From Patescibacteria group bacterium (GTDB lineage Bacteria; Patescibacteriota; Microgenomatia; Daviesbacterales; UBA10151), in NCBI GenBank assembly GCA_038064895.1, contig JBBTSA010000014.1, positions 9,962 to 61,969 of the forward strand: DNA of 52,008 bases, written 5' to 3'. Below are positions 48,901-52,008 of this stretch, one piece after another. The translations under genes and the position numbers were made by a program. The notes beneath the pieces were generated by a model. It was not told where the DNA came from and did no database searches. It saw nothing but the letters and a program-made list of their open reading frames with translations. How positions within the stretch are numbered: position 1 is the stretch's first letter; every line of letters begins with the position of its first letter.

Positions 48901-50350
48901 GTTTACTGGTGATTATTATATTACCAGATTAGTTTTTCAAAAAGCTTTAGCTTTTACATATCTTATTGGATTTTTGGTGGCCCTGCATCAATTCAGGCCT
49001 CTTTTGGGTGAAAAAGGTCTTCTTCCTGTTCCTCAATTTATAAAACTTGTTAAATTTAGTGATTTCCCCTCTTTATTTTTCCTTTTTCCAAAAGATTCGG
49101 CTTTCCTAATTTTTTCAATTTTAGGAATTGTTCTTTCTCTTTTTGCCTTATCTGGTTTTTCAGAAAAATTCGGTCTGCCTCTTTCAATGCTTACATGGTT
49201 TGGAATGTGGCTTATATACCTCTCTTTTGTTAATGTTGGACAAACTTTTTATTCGTTTGGATGGGAATCCATGCTTCTTGAGGCAGGATTTTTAGCCATA
49301 TTTTTAGGTGATGCTAAAACTGCGGTTCCTATTGCAATAATATTTTTACTTAAATTTGAACTTTTTAAAACAATGTTTGGGGCAGGCTTAATAAAGCTTA
49401 GAGGTGATCCTTGCTGGAGGGATTTAACTTGTCTTACATATCACTATGAAACTCAACCAATCCCTAATCCTTTAAGCTGGTTTTTCCATCAACAACCTCA
49501 TTGGTTCCATAAGCTTGGGGTCTTATATAACCATTTTGTGGAGCTAATTGTGCCTTTTGGATATTTTGCATTCCAGCCTATTGCGGCTATTGCAGGAGCC
49601 TTTACTTTATTTTTCCATGGAATACTTGCACTTTCAGGCAATTTTGCATTCCTTTCTTTTTTAACAGCAGTTTTAGCCATAACAACTTTTCCGGATTCAA
49701 TCCTTGCACGGTTTATCCCAATTACAGTACCCGCCACCTTATCTGCCAATCCAATTTTTTCAAATACAACAGTTGTTATTGCAACTATTTTGGCTCTTTT
49801 AAATATTAGGCCTGTTTTAAATTTAATCTCTCCAAATCAGATTATGAATACAAGTTATGATCCTTTTCATCTTGTGGGATCATACGGAGCATTTGGATCA
49901 ATCACCAGGCCAAGGTATGAAGTAATAATTGAAGGTACAGATGATACTACTTTAACTGATGCCACAAAATGGCAAGAATATGAATTTATTGGAAAACCAG
50001 GCAGGCTTGATAGAGTGCCGGCTCAAATTGCCCCATATCATTTAAGATTGGATTGGCTTATGTGGTTTGCAGCATTTTCCCCAACAGCTTCTGATCCCTG
50101 GTTTATTCATTTTATTCAAAAGCTTTTGCAAAATGATAAACTTATCCTGTCACTTCTTAAAACAAATCCTTTCCCCTCTTCCCCTCCCAAATATATAAGG
50201 GCAGAGAGGTATATTTACCATTTCACTAAACCGGAGGAAAAGAAAAAAACAGGAAACTGGTGGAAAAGAGAGCTGGAAGGCACTTATCTTCCCCCAGTAT
50301 CTTTAAAAGATCCCAACTTCCAAAATATATTAAAACAATTTGGCTGGTAG
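48899..50350 (+). CDS. lipase maturation factor (LMF)-family membrane protein
   Basis: 483 aa. YYITRLVFQKALAFTYLIGF..LLGEKGLLP and WESMLLEAGFLAIF motifs typical of LMF-like proteins. Confidence 0.7.
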   Translation: MFTGDYYITRLVFQKALAFTYLIGFLVALHQFRPLLGEKGLLPVPQFIKLVKFSDFPSLFFLFPKDSAFLIFSILGIVLSLFALSGFSEKFGLPLSMLTWFGMWLIYLSFVNVGQTFYSFGWESMLLEAGFLAIFLGDAKTAVPIAIIFLLKFELFKTMFGAGLIKLRGDPCWRDLTCLTYHYETQPIPNPLSWFFHQQPHWFHKLGVLYNHFVELIVPFGYFAFQPIAAIAGAFTLFFHGILALSGNFAFLSFLTAVLAITTFPDSILARFIPITVPATLSANPIFSNTTVVIATILALLNIRPVLNLISPNQIMNTSYDPFHLVGSYGAFGSITRPRYEVIIEGTDDTTLTDATKWQEYEFIGKPGRLDRVPAQIAPYHLRLDWLMWFAAFSPTASDPWFIHFIQKLLQNDKLILSLLKTNPFPSSPPKYIRAERYIYHFTKPEEKKKTGNWWKRELEGTYLPPVSLKDPNFQNILKQFGW

Positions 50351-50367
50351 AGTATAATCAGAGGGGT

Positions 50368-50520
50368 CTATTCTTGCTCTGATTTAAATTTATTGTGTGA
50401 TTTTGCCTCAAGCATTGCATCCGCAAACATTAAAATAAGCATTAATGATAAAACTATTGGTATACTTCCCTGTAAAAATTCAATACCACTACTGTTTTGA
50501 GTAATAAGTTCCGGAATCAT
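50368..50520 (-). CDS. possible 50-aa membrane peptide
   Basis: MIPELITQNSSGIEFLQGSIPIVLSLMLILMFADAMLEAKSHNKFKSEQE. Not in the supplied track; no homology recognised. Confidence 0.2.
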   Translation of the reverse strand: MIPELITQNSSGIEFLQGSIPIVLSLMLILMFADAMLEAKSHNKFKSEQE

Positions 50521-50586
50521 AAGTATAAAATTTTACATCTTATACTTAAGCTAATTGTAAGAATTATGCAGTAATTTGGATAACAA

Positions 50587-50817
50587 TTATTTTGTAATAT
50601 AGATTACTTTTTCTCTTTCCAGCTTAGCTTCCAATTTCTTTTGAGCCAGAAGATCGTTTTTTTCTTTCCTTTTGGCAATTGCCTGATCAACCAGTTTTTG
50701 ACAGGCAGGATCCGGACAAATAGTTTGGGTATATATGAGAACAGAGGTTCCAATTTTAGATTTCCAAGTTTTACCATCAATTCTTTGTTTACCGCATTCA
50801 ATACAAGGATTGCTCAT
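50587..50817 (-). CDS. small zinc-ribbon protein with coiled-coil tail
   Basis: 76 aa. CIECG ... CPDPAC. Confidence 0.5.
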   Translation of the reverse strand: MSNPCIECGKQRIDGKTWKSKIGTSVLIYTQTICPDPACQKLVDQAIAKRKEKNDLLAQKKLEAKLEREKVIYITK

Positions 50818-51028
50818 GAAGTTTCAAGTATACCAAGATCTGCTGTTTTAATCAACCGCTCAATTATATTAGTAGAATTAGCTGGCTTGGATATATAGAT
50901 CAATAAGTTGTAAAGCCTAAAGATTTAAGTTCTTCCTCTTTGAAGAAAAAGAGTGTGTTGCAAAGATTATAGAAGTGTTATTTAAAAATGTGAGAATAGA
51001 AAGTGGTAGAGCAAAGAGTTTTAATAAT

Positions 51029-51889
51029 CTAATAGAGGGCATTGATACCGGTGATATCACCTGTGTTTAAATCTCTCTTTTTGGTCTCAGCTGTAGCAGA
51101 GAAGCCATACATTGTCTCATCAACACAAGCATTATAAAGATCTCCCATACCCATACTATGTCCTAATTCGTGCGTGGCGATGTTGTCAAAATCCATTTTA
51201 CCAGTAACTCCCAGACTTTCTGCCGACCAATCAAAGCTTACATCATCATACACCTGATCCCACTCCACCAGCTCTCTTGCAAAGATTGGTCCACTAAAAA
51301 CTCCCCAGATTATGGTAACAGCAATAACACCAGGGTCAGAAATGTCAGCAAAGTAAACCTCGTTTTGACTGTCAGGTGATGAGGTATCAGCAACTAAAGT
51401 GGCTGATGTTGTTGCTCCCGATCCTATGACATTAACCCCCGTGCCATTTGACACATTACCATCAGTTGCGTCCTCCCATTTGGAAACCCCATTACCTAAG
51501 ATATTTAAAACGATGTTGGGAGAAGATGTGCCAATGCCCACATTATTGACAGGATTGACTACCCATGGTTCCACACTCTTCCACTTGGCACCCTTGGCCA
51601 AATAAGTATAGCAGGTAGTAGTACCTGGTTTGCCACTACCTGGCTTGGCCGCATTTTCTTTCCGGTGAATGATGGCCAGACCCTCAACCACCTTATTTGT
51701 GTCGGGGTCAACGGCGCTACCTAAAGATATAACTGGCGAATTGTCAGCTGCTGGTGGTAAAGTGAGAGTTCCTGTTGTACCAGGAGTATCAAGAGTGGCA
51801 ATCTGAAGAGGGGGCGCTGCCAAAACTAAACTTGCCAGGATGAATAATAAGGCTGCAAAAGCTCCTGCAGGAACAATCTTCTTAATCAT
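51029..51889 (-). CDS. secreted matrixin-like zinc metalloprotease
   Basis: 286 aa. Signal peptide and HELGHSMGMGDLY (HExxHxxGxxH/D-type) zinc motif. Confidence 0.75.
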   Translation of the reverse strand: MIKKIVPAGAFAALLFILASLVLAAPPLQIATLDTPGTTGTLTLPPAADNSPVISLGSAVDPDTNKVVEGLAIIHRKENAAKPGSGKPGTTTCYTYLAKGAKWKSVEPWVVNPVNNVGIGTSSPNIVLNILGNGVSKWEDATDGNVSNGTGVNVIGSGATTSATLVADTSSPDSQNEVYFADISDPGVIAVTIIWGVFSGPIFARELVEWDQVYDDVSFDWSAESLGVTGKMDFDNIATHELGHSMGMGDLYNACVDETMYGFSATAETKKRDLNTGDITGINALY

Positions 51890-52008
51890 AGAATAATAAT
51901 TTTATTATAAATGTCTAAAGTCCTCTTGTCAAGGACCAAGCAAGTAACATCTGGCTCGGCCGACAGGACGATTTCAGAACTGCTTATTAAATGGGATGGG
52001 TTTAGAAA

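Noticed and set aside
1-52008. CRISPR arrays, rRNA genes, reverse transcriptase/DGR or retron components, and UGA or UAA reassignment.
   Set aside because: There are no regularly spaced repeats beyond the 7-mer and 11-mer micro-arrays, and no rRNA-like conserved strings. No RT motif appears in any ORF. Long ORFs are intact under the standard code, and trxB, tdh and the HIT gene end in TGA. The single in-frame TAA (20115) is isolated.

Overview
AT-rich, very gene-dense 52-kb bacterial fragment. I support about 70 CDS, mostly on the minus strand with many 1-4 nt overlaps, plus 3 tRNA genes. I saw no rRNA and no CRISPR array. The standard genetic code fits: long ORFs stay intact and several end in TGA.

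The gene content suggests a small-genome Patescibacteria/CPR-like organism, which is inference only. The clues are many small membrane-anchored secreted proteins with the same style of N-terminal anchor, a DUF5667-like protein, a lipase-maturation-factor-like protein, an LPXTG Cys-rich surface protein, small GIY-YIG nucleases and a high density of toxin-antitoxin pairs.

Recognisable core genes:
- Replication, cell division and translation: recF, polA, ftsH, trpS, an ftsB/divIC-like gene and a XerC/D-type recombinase.
- Metabolism: tdh-kbl and a three-gene citryl-CoA synthetase/lyase (split ATP-citrate-lyase-like) set.
- Redox: trxB, sodN-sodX (Ni-SOD), VKOR plus a glutaredoxin-like protein, and an FNR-type reductase.

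Observations most worth follow-up:
1. At least ten short GC-rich palindromic mini-elements are inserted IN FRAME into housekeeping genes without breaking any ORF. The hosts are polA (2 sites), a GT4 glycosyltransferase, both succinyl/citryl-CoA synthetase subunits, trxB, trpS and an FNR-like gene. This resembles the behaviour of Rickettsia palindromic elements.
2. Four separate accessory cassettes, mostly toxin-antitoxin modules, are bracketed by direct repeats that duplicate the 3' end of a resident gene. The duplicated ends belong to ftsH, trxB, a tRNA(CAU) and a tRNA fragment.
3. A tRNA(CAU) is split by a compact 193-nt group I intron whose helices P1-P9 can all be drawn from the sequence. 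It is flanked by free-standing nuclease genes.
4. A tRNA-Ile(UAU) gene is present.
5. A Trbp111-like tRNA-binding gene is interrupted by an in-frame TAA.
6. The Pol I gene lacks the whole 3'-5' exonuclease domain. Its inter-domain linker is largely made of repeat-element sequence.

All family assignments come from motif recognition by eye. No database search was run.
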